DNA from: Chiloscyllium plagiosum | Taxonomy: Eukaryota | NCBI RefSeq assembly: GCF_004010195.1 | Contig: NC_057751.1 | Location: 4,142,961 to 4,206,960, forward strand | Reading direction: 5' to 3' | Length of the DNA: 64,000 bases | Shown: positions 38,057 through 52,511 of the stretch, piece by piece | Layout: every line of letters begins with the position of its first letter | Position numbering within the stretch: position 1 is the stretch's first letter | Notes under the pieces: generated by a model | Databases searched by the model: none | Seen by the model: the letters and a program-made list of their open reading frames with translations, nothing else | What the model was told of the DNA's origin: nothing | Program-made: the position numbers and the translations under genes

Positions 38057-39204
38057 GTGAAATTCAATCATTTTACGTTGTTGTGTCTTGCCTCAAACAA
38101 GTTACAACTTTGTTAGAATGTTTATCAAGTCTACCAATGTAGTTTATTGCAACATATGTCTACAAAGTGTTTCACAGCAATGTTTGAATGTACAGCATGC
38201 TCGTGTATTTGGTCCCATGATCAATTCCTGTTCCATTGAATTGACTGTGACAGCCATAATGCAAAGCCCAAGGGACATTTCCATGCTGTAAAAACACAAA
38301 GGCCTATTATATAGCCACAAAAGATGCTTATGAAACTTTGAATGTAAATCCACAGTCCAGTATAAATACTTAATCGGGTGAGGCATGTTTGTCTTAATCT
38401 GTCAGAGGAAGTCCCAATGGGAAGGACCTTATCTCTCAGCAGTCAACCACATCATGGTATTCTGGTCTGCATGGGTTATTTTTCTCATTTCCTTTCATTT
38501 GTTTTTCCTTCAGAAGCTTGTACTTGCAGCTCACCAAAACAGGGTGTTACTGGTCTTTGTTAAATCTGATGGAAGAAAAAAATTCTTGATGAATTGTAAG
38601 AACTCACTTTTTGAGGACGTCCAATTTTGAGTCAACAACCTCACCATGGAAAGGTTCTTCAGGCTATTCCACACATTGTCCTATCTGCAAGATTAACTGA
38701 GAGCTTGCTCCTGACAAACATTCAAATTCTCACACTGCTGAGACTCTGTTTGGAGTGTGCAGTTCAGTTGTTGAACGCATTTGATGACTTTACTGACACT
38801 TAAAGTTTTGATGTTTTTGGAGTGACTTGATAAGACCAGATTAAAACTGTGCCAGCTGATTAGAATAATCCTACTGGGGCGTTGCAAGCTAAGAATTAAA
38901 ACCGACTTTCCAATTGTGAGGTTTGCCAACAGTCCACAAATTATGGGTAAAGTTTGGAACTTTTCTGCAAACACCAATTGATATTCTCCACTCGTTCATT
39001 TCATGTCTGAGATGAATGCAGTGTTGTTTGTAAGACAATTAGTGGCCATAATGACTGAGAGAACAGTGGGGGAATTAGAGAAGAAATTTGACAATTTTAA
39101 TGTGCAGTTTAAAATGAAGACACATTAGGAAGATGGAAGGGTCCTGAAAGGAACTGTGTGGTATAGAGCTTAGGTATGAATAGAGTCTTCAGTTGATATC
39201 ATTT

Positions 39205-39510
39205 TGGCGTGGCATGGTGGCTCAGTGCTTAATACTGCTGCCTCACAGCATCAGGGACCCAGGTTTGATTACAACCTTGGGCGACTGTCTGTGTGGAGTT
39301 TGCACATTCTCCCCGTGTCTGCGTGGGTTTCCTCCAGGTGTTCCGGCTTCCTCCCACGGTCCAAAGATGTGCAGGTCAAGTGAATTGGTCATGCCAAATT
39401 TCCCATTGTGTTGGGTGCATTAGTCAGAGGAAAATGGGTCTGGGTGAGTTATATTTTGGAGGGTCTTATGGGCTGAAGGGCCAGTTTCTGCACTGTAGGG
39501 AATATGAATA
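39205..39510 (+). mobile_element. HE1-type SINE
   Basis: Head, V-domain and tail present. Confidence 0.8.
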
Positions 39511-40448
39511 AATCTGATGACAGGAGAAGCAATTGTTGGACTTGCTCCAAGATGTGCAGTCTGACATGGTAACTAACGTTGTTTGTTGTCTCCAATTCCT
39601 GACACCAATGTAAGCTCATAACTCGAGAGTCTCATTTTGAAACTCCATGAACAGTACAATGCAGCCCATTCCATACACGTACCACATTCTGCGTGAAAAA
39701 GTTGCCCCTTCGGTCTCTCTTACATCTTTCCCCACTCATCCTAAATCTATTCCCTCTACTTCTGGACTCCCTCACCTCAGGGAAAAAGACTATTTGTCAT
39801 GCTCTACATTTGTCATGCAATAATGTGGGCATTGTCTCCAGCAAAATTCCTTTATTAGAGGCTGCAATGCTGAGGCTATCCTTCATGACGTAGGACGCTT
39901 CATGTGCATATCATGGCGTTCATGATTCTGATAGGTATTATCATCTTGTACATTCTGAAGGGATGCCTGAAATGTGCCGGAACAGGACAACAGTGATGGA
40001 CACATGAATTTAAGGGGTAGTGGGGTGAGAATTAGTTTATAAATATGGGAAGCTCGTAATCATTGGGGATGGGTTTTATGGAGTGTGGCTAACTGAAATA
40101 AAGTTTCCAATGAGTATATGGCCTTGGATTTTTTTGAAGAACTTTTGAGTGGAGAACAGACAAGTGTCACAGAAAAACACCATAGGACTGTGGATGTTGA
40201 AAATCGGAAACAAAAGCAGAACTCGCTGGAGAAACTTAACAGATTTTGCATAATCTGTGGAGAGGAAGCAGAGTTCAGGTTTCAAGTCCAGTAACCCTTC
40301 ATCAGAACTGTCTCTGTTTCAGACAATTAGTACAGTTAGTACAGTTAGAGCACAGGAGCAGGCCATTCAGCTCCTCAAACCTATTTCTCCCATTCAATGA
40401 GATCATAGCTGATCTGTGGCCTAACTCCATATATTCATGCACACTGTC

Positions 40449-40768
40449 ATAGAATCTCTACAGTGTGGAAACAGGCCATTCGCCCCAACAAGTCCACACT
40501 GACCCTCCGAATAGTAACCCACCCAGACCCATTCCTCTACCCTATTATCCTATTTTTACGCCTGACTAACGCATCTAACCTACACGTCCCTGAACGCTAT
40601 GGGCAATTTAGCATGGCCAGTTCACCAGATTTGCACATCTTTGGATTGTGCGAGGAAACCAACACAGGCACAGGGAGAATGTGCAAACGTCACAAATTGT
40701 CTCCAGAGGTGAGAACTGAACCTGGGTTGCTGGTGCTGTGAGGAGGTAGTGCTAACCACTGAGCCATC
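40449..40768 (-). mobile_element. HE1-type SINE
   Basis: Reverse complement of head and tail; V-domain partly deleted. Confidence 0.78.
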
Positions 40769-43080
40769 CCAAAGGGTATTGGTTTCTGTTCTGCTATGGT
40801 GAGCACTTGTCCCCTCCTCTGCTTGCTTGTTTTCATTCTTCCTGCACCAGCCTCCCCTCCCCTTGCTTAGAACATGAACCAACACACCTCTGCACTCACA
40901 CACAAGCAGGGCTCCTCCGCCTCACACTACCCTACCTTTCTCTCTGCTGCCGACACTAGCCCCCCTTCAATTCTAACCCCCTGACTACTCCCACTAGCCC
41001 TGAGCCCACCTTTCTCTAACCAGCCTCTTCCTCCCTGGCTCTGCCTTGAGTTGAACCTGTCACTGAGTGGGGTGGATTGCTGGTAGGTGGGAGTGTATCC
41101 TTTCACTCTCTCAGCCTTCCATAAGGCCTTTTGTCCATATCTTTAATACTTTTGCTGAACAAAAGTGCCGATATCATTGATTTTCAAAGTAACTGATCCT
41201 GGTTTTCACTGCCGTTTGTGGAAGAGAGTTCCAAACCTCTACCAACCTTCACGTGCAGAAGTGCTTCCTAACATCTCTCTCAAATGGTCTATCCCTAGTT
41301 CTCAGATTATACTTCCTTGTTGTAGAATTTCCAACCAGTGGAAATAGCTTATCTCCCTGTCTCCTCCTGTTAATATCTTGAAAACATTGATCAGATCAAC
41401 TTTAATCTTCTAAATTTGAGAGAAAACTGGCCTAATTTGTGTAACCTCTCCTCAAACGTAACCCCTGAGGCTCCCACCGAATGTATGGACTTGGGACACT
41501 GTTTGAAAATAGTTATCTTCCAGTGTAGAACAGATTACAGTTTATTGGAGTTGGCTTTTATGGAGTGGCACAGTGGTTAGCACCACTGCCTCAAAACACC
41601 AGTGTCCTGGGTTTGATTCTAGCCTCCAGTAGACTGTCTGTTATGGTTTCCTCCCACAGTCCAAAGATGTGCAGGTTAGATGGGTTGCCTCTGCTGAATT
41701 GCTCATAGTGTCCAGGGATGTGCAGGCGCGGTGGATAAGCCATGGAAATGCAAAGTTTATAGCGGGGTGGATCTCGGGTGATGCTTTTTGGAGGGTCAGT
41801 ATGGACTCAATAGGCCAAATGGCCTGCTCTGACACTGCATGGATTCTGTCGCTTCAAGTGATCCTGCGGTAATATGGAGACTGAGACCTGTATCCCTTCA
41901 GCTCACGTGAACATATGTCTAAAAGGTTTACTGACCATAAGACAGAGCACAGGCTGATTGCTTTTGGCACCACAAGTGATTGGCGCATCTTGAAGCATGT
42001 GGTTGTACGGCATATTTGAACGTTTTCACCACATGACAGGCTTCACTTTCTGTTAAGCTGTCGATGCAAAATCTTGTTTTTTTAAAAAAAAAGCTTTTGA
42101 TCTGCAGCCAGAGTTCCCAAAATAGTTGATAATTTGTCAGTGAATTAAACTCAGGAAGACCATACCTCATGTTTTCTGAGCAGTGGGACATGGTGTCCTG
42201 AGAGTGCCATGCAGATCCACCTGACTGAGATCAGTAAAGGGCTGCTGGTACTACTGTTATCATACTCCAGTTTACAAAGTATTTCTTATATCAAGTTCCT
42301 TTGAAAGCAAGGATGAATAATGCCATGGTAGAGCAGCTCGCGTGCATACTCGAAGCAACAGGGGAATCAATCACCCACCCTGAGAACTGCAGGCAATGTT
42401 TGGTTTATTTTTTGTTCTAATTCCCTTTTCTGGCATTTCCTTCCAAGTGTGTCAGAATGAGACACGCTGTCAGCTCACTGCAACGCTTCCTGTTATGTTT
42501 TTGGAAGATTATACACTGCATTAATCAGATTGAAGCAGTTTGATGAGATTGTTGTCGCACAGTGTGACTGAACAATTCTGACGCTGTGCTGCCTCTGGCA
42601 CTGATTGCTATCACTGGCTTGGGACTTCACACAAAGGCAGCCGTGTTGAATTAATTTGCTTCAAGTGTGTGTTCGAGGAACTGCATACGAACAAGGCACA
42701 AGTTTTGAGGACGTGCAAATGTACAGTCAAGGTACAAGTGAAGACCACTCAGCCCTTCAAGCCCATTCTGCCCATTCAATAATGTCGGAGCTGATGTGTT
42801 CTAAATTCAGCTCCATGTTCCTGCATGCCCATTACAATTTCATCCTCTTGGGAATCACAAACCTATCTCCCTCTGCCTTGAAGTTATCTAAAGATTCAAG
42901 GACGGGAATGCCAAAGGCAGTCAATTCTCGGAGACAAAATATGTTTCATCATCTAATTTATTTTTAACTCATGAGTGGGATGTGGATGTCTCTGGCTAGG
43001 CCCAGCCAAGAGTAAAGAGTGCTGTGGGTGTGGAGAGACATGTTGGCCAGACCAGGTGAAGTTGGCAGATTTCCTCCAGA

Positions 43081-43506
43081 CATATCATCTATTGCATCCT
43101 TTGCACCCGATGTGGCCTCCTCTATATTGGGGAGACAGGCCGCCTACTTGCGGAGCGTTTCAGAGAACACCTCTGGGACACCCGGACCAACCAACCCAAC
43201 CACCCCATGGCTCAACACTTCAACTCCCCCTCCCACTCCACCAAGATATGCAGGTCTTTGGACTCCTCCATCGTCAGACCACAGCGAAACGACGGTTGGA
43301 GGAAGAACACCTCATCTTCCGGCTAGGAACCCTCCAACCACAAGGGATGAACTCAGATTTCACCAGTTTCCTCATTTCCCCCCTCCCCCCACCCTGTCTC
43401 AGTCAAATCCACCGAATTCAGCACCGCCTTCCTAACCTGAGATCTTCTTTTTCCAGCAACACATTTCCATCTCTGATCTCCAGCATCTGCAGACCTCACT
43501 TTCTCC
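43081..43506 (+). mobile_element. Penelope-like element fragment, GIY-YIG endonuclease domain (one frameshift)
   Basis: From 43081: HIIYCILCTRCGLLYIGETGRLLAERFREHLWDTRTNQPNHPMAQHFNSPSHSTK, then after a frameshift DMQVFGLLHRQTTAKRRLEEEHLIFRLGTLQPQGMN. IIY..CxxC..YIGET.R...RF.EH is the PLE GIY-YIG signature. Confidence 0.88.
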
Positions 43507-45821
43507 TCAGTTCTGAAGGATACAGACCAAGCCTGTCCTTGGATGGTTATCTGCTCCCTCCAGGTTTTAGGTAGCAAACCCCACAGATTTGCTGGCACAG
43601 CACAGAGAGTTACCCTGGTCTTCTTTTCATTAACTAACTAAAAACATCACATAACTGCAGCCTGAAGTACAGAAGCCAGCCACAGGACTGGGATACAAAC
43701 TATGGGTGCATAGGAAACTGCTTGTACTTCTTGAGCATGGCACACAGCATGAGGACTTTTGGATGCTCTTGAATGGCATTTCTGTTCCCCAAAGTACAGA
43801 GTATATGCACAGAATACTGTTGTCAATGACGTTGTCAGAATGAGTGAGCCGAGTGTGTTCAGCTTTCAATCCAGTGAGACCATTTCTGCTTGTTCAGCTC
43901 GATTTTCAGATTTTTTTAAAGCAAGGGCAGTGGATTGACCTTCTCTGTTCCTCAGCCAGCTCGCCCACGAAGACTCTGACCATTTGTTACTGTACATTGC
44001 TGCTGTTTACAGAACCCTGCTGTCTACAAGTTGGCTTTGATTCCTTAACAGTTTCACTGGGGCTGCCAGGTGCTTTGGGAACATGAGATTCAGAAGCAGA
44101 ATTAGACCATTCGGCCCATCGAATCTGCTCCAGCATTCCATCATGGCTCATATGTCTCTCAAATCCATCCTTCACCTTCTCCCCATTACCCTTTATCCCC
44201 TTACCAATCACAAACCTATCTCTGTCTGCTCAAAATACACTCAGTTACTTGGCCTCTACATCCCTCTGCAGCAATCAGTTCCTCAGAATAACCTCCCTCT
44301 GGCTGAAGAAACTCCACCTAATTTCACTCAGAAGCTGTGCCCTCAGCTCCTAATCTCTCCCACTGGTAAAAACATTTTCTGTACATTCACCATTCATAAT
44401 TTCTGTTAGTTTCAGTGAAATCACCCCTCATTCTTCTAAACTCCTTTGGGTACAGACCCAGAATCCTTAACCATTCCAGATATCCCGCGGAAGATCCCAC
44501 AAACAATTGAGAAGGACACCGATTCCACTCACCCTCCTCCGGTTGTGCTCACCCCCATTGTCACAACACAGTAAAACAGGCTGACTTACCTCCCAATCCT
44601 GCCTCTGGTCGGTGGTCCTTGAGGGGATGTGGGTGTCACAAACTGGGGCCAGTATCTTTTGCCCATCACTAATTGCCCCTGGAGAAGGCAGTGGTGAGCT
44701 GCCTCATTGACCCACTGCAGTGCATGTGCTGAACTGACAGTGCCATCAGGAAAGGCCACCTTGTCATTCCCACCCACTTGGCTCATGCAGGTGGGCGGTC
44801 TGGTTTCTCAGACTTTCGACTGACTTCGATACAACCGTAATGGCATGTTCAGCACTTTCAGAGGGCATTGAGGAGTCACCAAGTCGCTATCATGTTGATT
44901 CCACACAAATGTCGAGGGTGCTCCTGTCTGTTAAGGAGCAGTTATCGAAGCCTGGAGGCATTTCCAAATAACTCTTCATTTCTGTCGCAACCTGAACTGC
45001 ACCCATTGTGGTTGAATACAAAGTCTAAGGCTCTCCCCATCAGCACAGGGTCAGGACATGATCAGGCAATAACTTCCCAATGGACCAGAGGTAACCCTTC
45101 ACTCAATGCACATGGAGGAGGTGGTGTTGTGGGAATGTCACTGGACGAGTAATGCTGAATGTCAGGCGAATGCCCTCATCTAGGAGTTCAACTCTCAGCA
45201 TGGTGGATGGTGCAGTTTGAATTCAATGAAAAGCTCTTCTAATGACGACAATAGATGTGTGACTCCATCCTTCCATAGTCTGCCCTACATGTGACACCAA
45301 GCCCACATCATGTGGCTGACTATTAAAGTGTCCTCTGGGCATTGGGAATGGAAGAGACATGCTGGTATAGACAGCAGTGTCCACACATCCCATGAACAGC
45401 AGTATGTCTGCAGTGATCTCTGCTCTGATGTGTGTGGTTGAGCTGCCCTCTTCTGGTGGCTGCTTTCCTCCTTCGATCCTGCCTTTCTTGAAAGGGTCTT
45501 GGATTGGAATCACATTGCCCAAGGCTGTGTGCCTGTGAAAGCAAAGACCTGGGAGTCATTCCTTTTGTCAGTGCCAATCCATGTCAGTCTGCTCTGCAGC
45601 CCTTTGATGGACCAGCACCCTCAGGTTAGAGTAAACTAAACTGACTTGTCCATTCTGAGGAACAGTGATGCAGGACAGGAAAAGTTAGCTCTGTTTGTCG
45701 AACCACAGATGTTGCCAGAGCTGTCGAGTCTCACCAGCGTATTCAATTCTGACATCAGATCTCCACCATCCCCGGTAATTTACTTCTATTTATCCTATGA
45801 CTTTTAAACTTTCCAGTTTTT

Positions 45822-46500
45822 TTTTTAGTGAGACATTAGTGTCACTGGCTGGACCCAGCATTTATTGCCCGTCCCTAGTTGCCCCTTGTGAAGGTGGGAG
45901 TGAACTGCCTTCTCGAACCGCTGCAGTGAAAATGCTGTAGGTTGACCCACAATGCCCTTAGGGAGGGAATTCCAGGATTCTGACCCAGTGACAGTGAAGG
46001 AATGGCAATATATTTCCAAGTCAGGATGGTGACGTGCTCAGAGGGGAACTTGCAGGGGGCGGTGTTCCCATGTATCTGCTGCCCCTTGTCCTTTGAGATG
46101 GAAGTGGGCGTAGGTTTGGAAGGTGCTGCCTGAGGATCTTTGGGGAGTTGTCGATGCTGGATTTTTGTGGATGTGGTGCCAATCAGTTGGGTTGCTTGTC
46201 CTGGATGGTGTCAAGCTTCTCGCGGTATTTCTAACCTCTGATCTGCTCTTGTGGCCACTGTGTTTATGTGGCGAGTCCAGTTGAGTTTCTGGTCAATGGA
46301 AACCGACCCCCCCTGGGATGTTGACAGTGGAGGATTGCCGGACGGTAACACCTTTGCCTGTCAAGGGCTAGTGGTTATACTGTCTCTTATTGGAGATGGT
46401 CATTGCCTAGTATTTATGTGGCACGAATATTATATGCAAATTATCAGCCCAAGCTTAGATATTAACCAAATCTTGTTGCATTTAAACATGGACTGTTGAA
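45822..46500 (-). mobile_element. LINE 3' fragment of a second family (copies also near 33480-34215, 53380-53665, 62205-62365)
   Basis: Shared tail gactgcagcggttcaagaaggcagctcaccac...gggcaataaatgctgg ending in an A-rich tract; clade not determined. Confidence 0.65.
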
Positions 46501-46929
46501 TTCTACAATTAACATGACAGAGATTCTCCCAATCTGTCTCCCTTCCAACCCCATTGATCCATCAATGTTCCCAACTCACAGACTGCAAGAAACAGTTGGA
46601 ATTAAACTTTTTGATTGCAGAATTCAAACGTTCCGTGTTGAATGTTGTCATTGACTCCTGTTGGTGCGTGAACAGTGAAATCTGAGTGTGGTGGTTCAGA
46701 AAGAGAAACTAAAGTGTCGTCATGGAGTGTGAAGCAGAACAGCAGATATTTCAAAGCATGAATTAAAGCTCCTGTGCAGAGGTACCACCTGAAGCCTGTC
46801 ATCTCTGCACATCTCTGAGATGCAAAACGCACACCACTGTTCACATTCACACTCCAACAGACTTACAATTCAGAACTATCCAGAGAGGATACAGTTCCCT
46901 GATAACACTACACGATGGAAGAAGCGGAC

Positions 46930-47365
46930 GTAGGTCATTCAGCCCATCAATTCCATTCTGTCAGTCAATGAGATTGCAGCCGATCTGATCATCCTTAACT
47001 CCAGTTTCCTGCCTTTTCCCGATACAGTTTGATTCCCCCAACTGATTAAAAACGTCTGTCTCAGCCTTACATGTACTTAGTGACCAAGTAAAGAATCTCA
47101 CAGCTTCACTCCCCTCTGAGAGAAGAAATTCCTCCTCATTTCCGTCTTCAGTGGGCAACACCTTATTCTGAGATGATTCCCTCTAGTCCTGGACTCTCCC
47201 TGAAGGGGAAACGATCTTTCAACATCTCCCCTGTCAGGTCCCCTCAGAATCTGGTATGTTTGAATCAGGTCACTTTTCAATCTCTGCAAGTCCAAGGAGG
47301 AGAGGCTCAGTCTCTCCTGAGAAAACAGTCCCTCTGTTCCCAGGATTAATCTCGTGAACCTTCTG
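46930..47365 (-). mobile_element. CR1 LINE 3' fragment
   Basis: RLKSDLIQTYQILRG...SRTRGNHLRI...RRNFFSQR. Confidence 0.8.
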
Positions 47366-48314
47366 TGGTGTTTTGACCAGTCTTGCAGTAATTGGTGGAT
47401 TAATGACAATGCAGTTGATTAAATATCAATGATCCCATAATGACTGCAAATCATCAATGAAAGAGAGGACGTGATTGCTTATCACACTTGAAAGAGATTG
47501 TTTGGAGATTGTGTGCTGGGCACAGATACTGTCTTGAATGAGCCAGCAGTTCCTGTGCTTGCCTGCTACCTGGTTATCTGATCAAAGCTGAGCACTGTAG
47601 ACTGTTTTTGCTTTGCCTAAATTGGATGTGACCAGTTTCCTTTCTTGCTGCTGTGATGAGCTGCCAGACATTTGTTGATTGGATGTGGATTGGAGGTGAT
47701 CAAGCTGAACCAATCTTCCTTCAGTCCAGCTTGGGGACAGGCTCACAGTGAGATCCTGAACAGCTGCTGCCTGCCTAGTTACCAGGGCTTTGTACTGGTC
47801 CAGATAAATTGCCCATTGTGTTTCCCTCTCCCCCTCTCTGGGATTCAACCTTCTCTTTTACAGCCCTGGTTACTTACGCACTGATGCTGTTCTGTTACAT
47901 CCATCCTGCACTTTGCTCAGAATCTGGACTGACTGTGTGTTGTGACAAACAGGAAGAGACTGCACTCCGCACCCTCCACCCTCAAACAGCTCCTTGCACG
48001 TCACTGCATGCAGCTGCAGTGTGCAAAGCAAACCACCCACAATGTTCAGTCTTCTTTTTAAAATTCCCCTTTGTGGAATTCTCTGCTGCACAGGCCAAAG
48101 TGTTGAAAGATTTCAAGGTGGAGTTTAAGATGGTTCTTGGTGCGAAAGGGATCGGTGGTTGTGAGGAGAAAGCGGGAAGTGGATGGTCAGACATGATCAT
48201 ATTGAGTGGTAGAGCAGGCCCGAAGGGCTGAATGGCCTGCTTGAGTTACTCTTACACTTGAGTTAAAAATCAAACAATACCAGGTTATAGTCCAACAGGT
48301 GTATTTGGAGGCAC

Positions 48315-48343
48315 GAGCTTTCAAAGCACTGCTTCATCATCAG
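48315..48343 (-). ncRNA. Minimal hammerhead core, degenerate (PLE family B)
   Basis: Minus strand CTGATGA-T-GAAGC-AGT-GCTTT-GAAA-GCTC, with the same downstream tail as the 28443 and 37323 copies. Confidence 0.45.
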
Positions 48344-49014
48344 GGGGTTCTGGAGCACAATTGTTTAGTTTTGAGGTTTTCTGCCTTATGTGTTGAGGAA
48401 AGGGTTTCCAAGTGGGCAGTGTCCCTGCTTGGCAGAATGAGAAAGAAAATCTCACCGTGCTGTAGCTTTTATCGGAGCGTCAAAAGCACTGAACAGCCAA
48501 TGAGTGCTTTTACAGTTGGAACTCAGTGGACACGACTCTCACCTTGATCAAAAGGTGATCGATTGATGTCCCACTCCAGGATGCTGACATCAGACATTAT
48601 TCTGTGGTAGATGGGCACTGTGGTAACCTCAACTGTAACTCAGGCTATTCCAGGTCTCTCCCACCTGGTCTCTCACATTTACCTCTCTGAAGCTCATCCA
48701 AAGCTGCCCATGTCCAAATGCACAGCAAGTCCTGTTCCCTCTATCAGCCCCCGTGCTCTCTGGGTAAACAATGGCATGGTTTGAAATTTCTCATGTTTGT
48801 CTTCATGTCCCTCCATGGCCTTGCCCTTCCTGACCTCCATCAATTCGCCCAGCTCCAAAATCATCCCACTACACCTGGCCCTCAGGACACTTTGCCTCTG
48901 GTGGCCGTGCCTTTAGCTGCTTGGGCCCCAAGCTCTGGAATTGCCTCCCTTCAGCATCCCCACCTCTTGACCTCACTTTCTGCAGATGCTCTTTGAAAGC
49001 TGCCATAATAAGGC

Positions 49015-49570
49015 ATAGGAACCGAGGTAGGCCATTCAGCCCATCGAGTCTGCCCCGCCATTCAAAGAGATCGTGGCTGATCTGATCACCCTCACTCCAC
49101 TTTCCTGCCCTTTCCCCTATAACTCTCAAATCCCTTCCTGTTTTGAAACCTGTCTATCCCAGCCTTAGATATACTGAACAACTCAACCTTGACAGCCCTC
49201 TGTGGTAAAGAAGTCCTGAGATTCTCTCCCCTCTGAGAGAAGGAATTTCTCCTCACCTGTATCTTAAATGTGCAACTCCTTACTCGAACATTATGCCCTC
49301 TGATCCTAATCTCTCCCATAAGGGGAAACAACTTCTCCCCAAGCACCCTGTCAAATTCCCTCATAATCTTATATTTTTCAATAAGATCACCTCTCATTCT
49401 TCTGAATCTAATGAATACAGGCCAAATCTCCTCATAAGACAGTCCCTCCATCCCTGGGATCAGCTGAGTGACACTTCTCTGAAATGCCTCTAATGACAGT
49501 CTATCTTTCCTTTGAAAAGGGGCCCAAAACTGTTCACAATATTGCAACTGGGGTCTGACTAGTGTCTTAT
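49015..49570 (-). mobile_element. CR1 LINE 3' fragment
   Basis: QYCEQFWAP...RRMRGDLIEKYKIM...RRNSFSQR. Confidence 0.85.
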
Positions 49571-49834
49571 GACCATTTGCCTAGATACCTTCTGCGGTAC
49601 CAAAGTGCAATCTTTCAGTTTAAGACACTCTTGAACAGTATTCTGTTTAAGTTGTGCCCCCAGTTCTTGTAAAGCCACCAATCTCAAACCAGCAGCTGAC
49701 ATAAAGTGGTGTGTTTTTGTGATGAAACACAGAAACTAGAAGCAGGACAAGGCCATTTGGCCCTTCAGTTTTTAGATCAGAGTGGTGCTGGAAAATCACA
49801 GCAGGTCAGGTAGCGTCCGAGGAGCAGGAAAATC

Positions 49835-49862
49835 GACGTTTCGGGCAAAAGCCCTTCATCAG
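49835..49862 (-). ncRNA. Minimal hammerhead ribozyme core (PLE family A)
   Basis: Minus strand reads CTGATGA-A-GGGC-TTTT-GCCC-GAAA-CGTC. Confidence 0.62.
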
Positions 49863-49896
49863 GAATGATTTGGCCCTTTAAGCTTGCCACCACAGT

Positions 49897-50149
49897 CCTT
49901 CGGCCCAACAAGTCCACACCGACCCGCCGAAGCGCAACCCACCCATACCCCTACATTTACCTCTTACCTAACACTACGGGCATGGCCAATTCACCTGACC
50001 TGCACATCTTTTGGACTGTGGGAGAAAACCCACGCAGATACGGGGAGAACGTGCAAACTCCACACAGTCAGTCGCCTGAGGCAGGAATTGAACCTGGGTC
50101 TCTGGCGCTGTGAGGCAGCAGTGCTAACCACTGTGCCACCGTGCCGCCC
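49897..50149 (-). mobile_element. HE1-type SINE
   Basis: Highly similar reverse complement of 18020-18290. Confidence 0.88.
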
Positions 50150-52511
50150 ACAAGTCACTTTAAAATTGTAACATTGACTTGACCTAATACTGTGCCCCTG
50201 TTTACTGAAAGTCCTTCCTGTGTGTTGGCACCTGTTCATTCACAACAAAAGGGCCTTCACACAGGAAGAAGGTGGGAGCCTCTGATCCTTCCCTTCAATG
50301 TGGTTTTCCGCGACAGAAGCCTGTTTCGGACTGCCTTGTCGTCTCTCACAGAGAGTCTGGGAGAAGTGCAGCACGGAAACAGACCCTTCATTGCAACTCC
50401 TCCATTCTGATCAGATACCAAATGGATCTGGCAGTCCATTTCAGATCGCCGACTCCGATCAACATTCTCCTCAGCTGAGAACAACTCATGCTGGAGATCA
50501 CAGCAGGTTAGGCAGAATCCGTGGAGAGAGAGCAAGCGCACGTTTCAAGTCTGGATGACTCTGCATCAGAACCCCGTCTCAAACATCTCAAACCTGTCGC
50601 TTCTGCTGACTGGCTGTGATCAGGATGGGGGAGTGGGAACCTTTTATTCAGAATTGATTCCAGTGTCCCTGCCAAAGGTTTGGAGCTTTGAATCCCAGTC
50701 AGGGGAGAGGAATAGGGGTGATTGCATTGATTTAGTCTGAGAGGTCAGTACAGTACTGTCAGGGGGAATGCTGTTCTGTCTGAGGTGCCTATTGTGTGAA
50801 GATTGGAGCATTGAGCAGGGGGCCGTAGATCCCACACCAGTAATTTCAGAGACGGTCATGCCACAATCAGCATTGCTGAAAGACAGACAAGGTTCACCAA
50901 GGCACAGCATGGTAGCTGGTGGGATCGAGCTGAACATCACCTGCTGCTGCTTCTGAACTCACTGTGTCAGCTGCCAAGTTCTCCATGGGAGAGTCCGAGG
51001 CTGTGAAAAACAACGGGGAGACACTGAACTTTATCAATCTCTCTCTCTTCCTCAAATGTGGGTTTTAAAGTGGAGAGTTGGGGGAGGGGGGAATAGGGAT
51101 GGTGTTGGGGAGGTGGGGGATTGGTGGGGTGGGATGGGATGAGATGGGGTGGATGGATTTTAATTTAGATAAATGCAAGGTGCTGCAAATCGAAGCAGGA
51201 CTTATAGACTTAATGGTGCTGTGAGTTTAGGTTAGACCAGACATTTGTGACAGAGAGCTGCAGCAGCTGAGGGTCTGAGGGTGAACACCTTCGGAGAGCA
51301 CAGGAGACAAAATCCCCAAACCAGTGCTTTCCAAATGGAGCTGCTGGTCTCGTGACAAAGACAGATGGCGGGGGTGGGGAGGAGGGAGGGGGTGGGTTTG
51401 GGGTCAGTCCACAAGACAAGTGTCAGCTCCTCTCCTGGCCAGGCTGATGTGGATTGAACTAATCCCACACCCCGCTCTGTTTGTGTCTGAACAAACAAAT
51501 AGGTGTCTGGCTTCAGCAGGGAGGCATGTTTATCCTCAGCCTGGCTTGGCTGAACTAGCTTTTGTAGTTGTGGTTGAGAAATGGGCCTGGCATACGCAGC
51601 AGAGTTTAAGACAATATTCCAAACAGAACTGCACTGCAGAGGGAAAGATTGCCCTCCAGCCTGGAATGTAAGGGATTGTGGGAGAATGGGAGCAGCCCGA
51701 GGGATACTGTACAGACCCTGGGGCACGTCTGAGACAGAGAGGGAAGGTGTAACATGTGAAAAGACAGGAGGAAATTCTCTCAGTGTCGCAAGGGCTCATT
51801 GTTCACAAACCGGCGACGGTGGAAAGGTTAGTTACAGACCAGCAGGTTCTGGGAACTAGGTACTGAGGGTCATGTTTGAGCGTGAGGCAGTGGTCACAAA
51901 GACACACAATGGGAAAAGACCACTGCCTGAAGCCGCTCAGTCCTAAAGTGTAGAGAAACGTCAAAACTAGGAGCTGGAGAAGGCCATTCAGCCCTTCAAG
52001 CCTTCTCTGACATTCAATTTGATCATGGCTGATCATCCAACTCAGGGCATTGTGGGTCTGTCTACAGCACAGGCACTGTAGCAGTTCATGAGGCCAGCTC
52101 ACCATGACCTTCACAAGGGCTAACTTGGGACAGGACAGTAAATACTGGGCCCAGCCAGCGATTCCCACATTCCCCGAGTGAATAAAAATATCCTGTACTG
52201 CTGCAGTAATAACTTGTTGCTCCTATATTCAAACTGTCTTTTAATGAAGGTCAAGACATGATTGCCTTCCCAACTGCTTGTTGCTTATATCCCTGGAAAG
52301 GCTGGTAGGTGTAGGGAATGCTGGATGACTTAAGATGTTGAGGGTTTGGTTAAGAAAAACAAGGAAGCACATGTCAGGTATAGACAGAATAGATCAAGTG
52401 AATCCTTAGAAGAGTATAAAGGCAGTAGGAGTATACTTAAGAGGGAAATCAGGAGGGCAAAAAGGGGACATGAGATAGCTTTGGCAAATAGAGTTGGGGA
52501 GAATCCAAAGG

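Noticed and set aside
40270..50572. Further hammerhead-like remnants at ~40280-40305(-) and ~50538-50570(-)
   Set aside because: Core boxes or the cleavage triplet are disrupted; treated as decayed repeat tails, not ribozymes.
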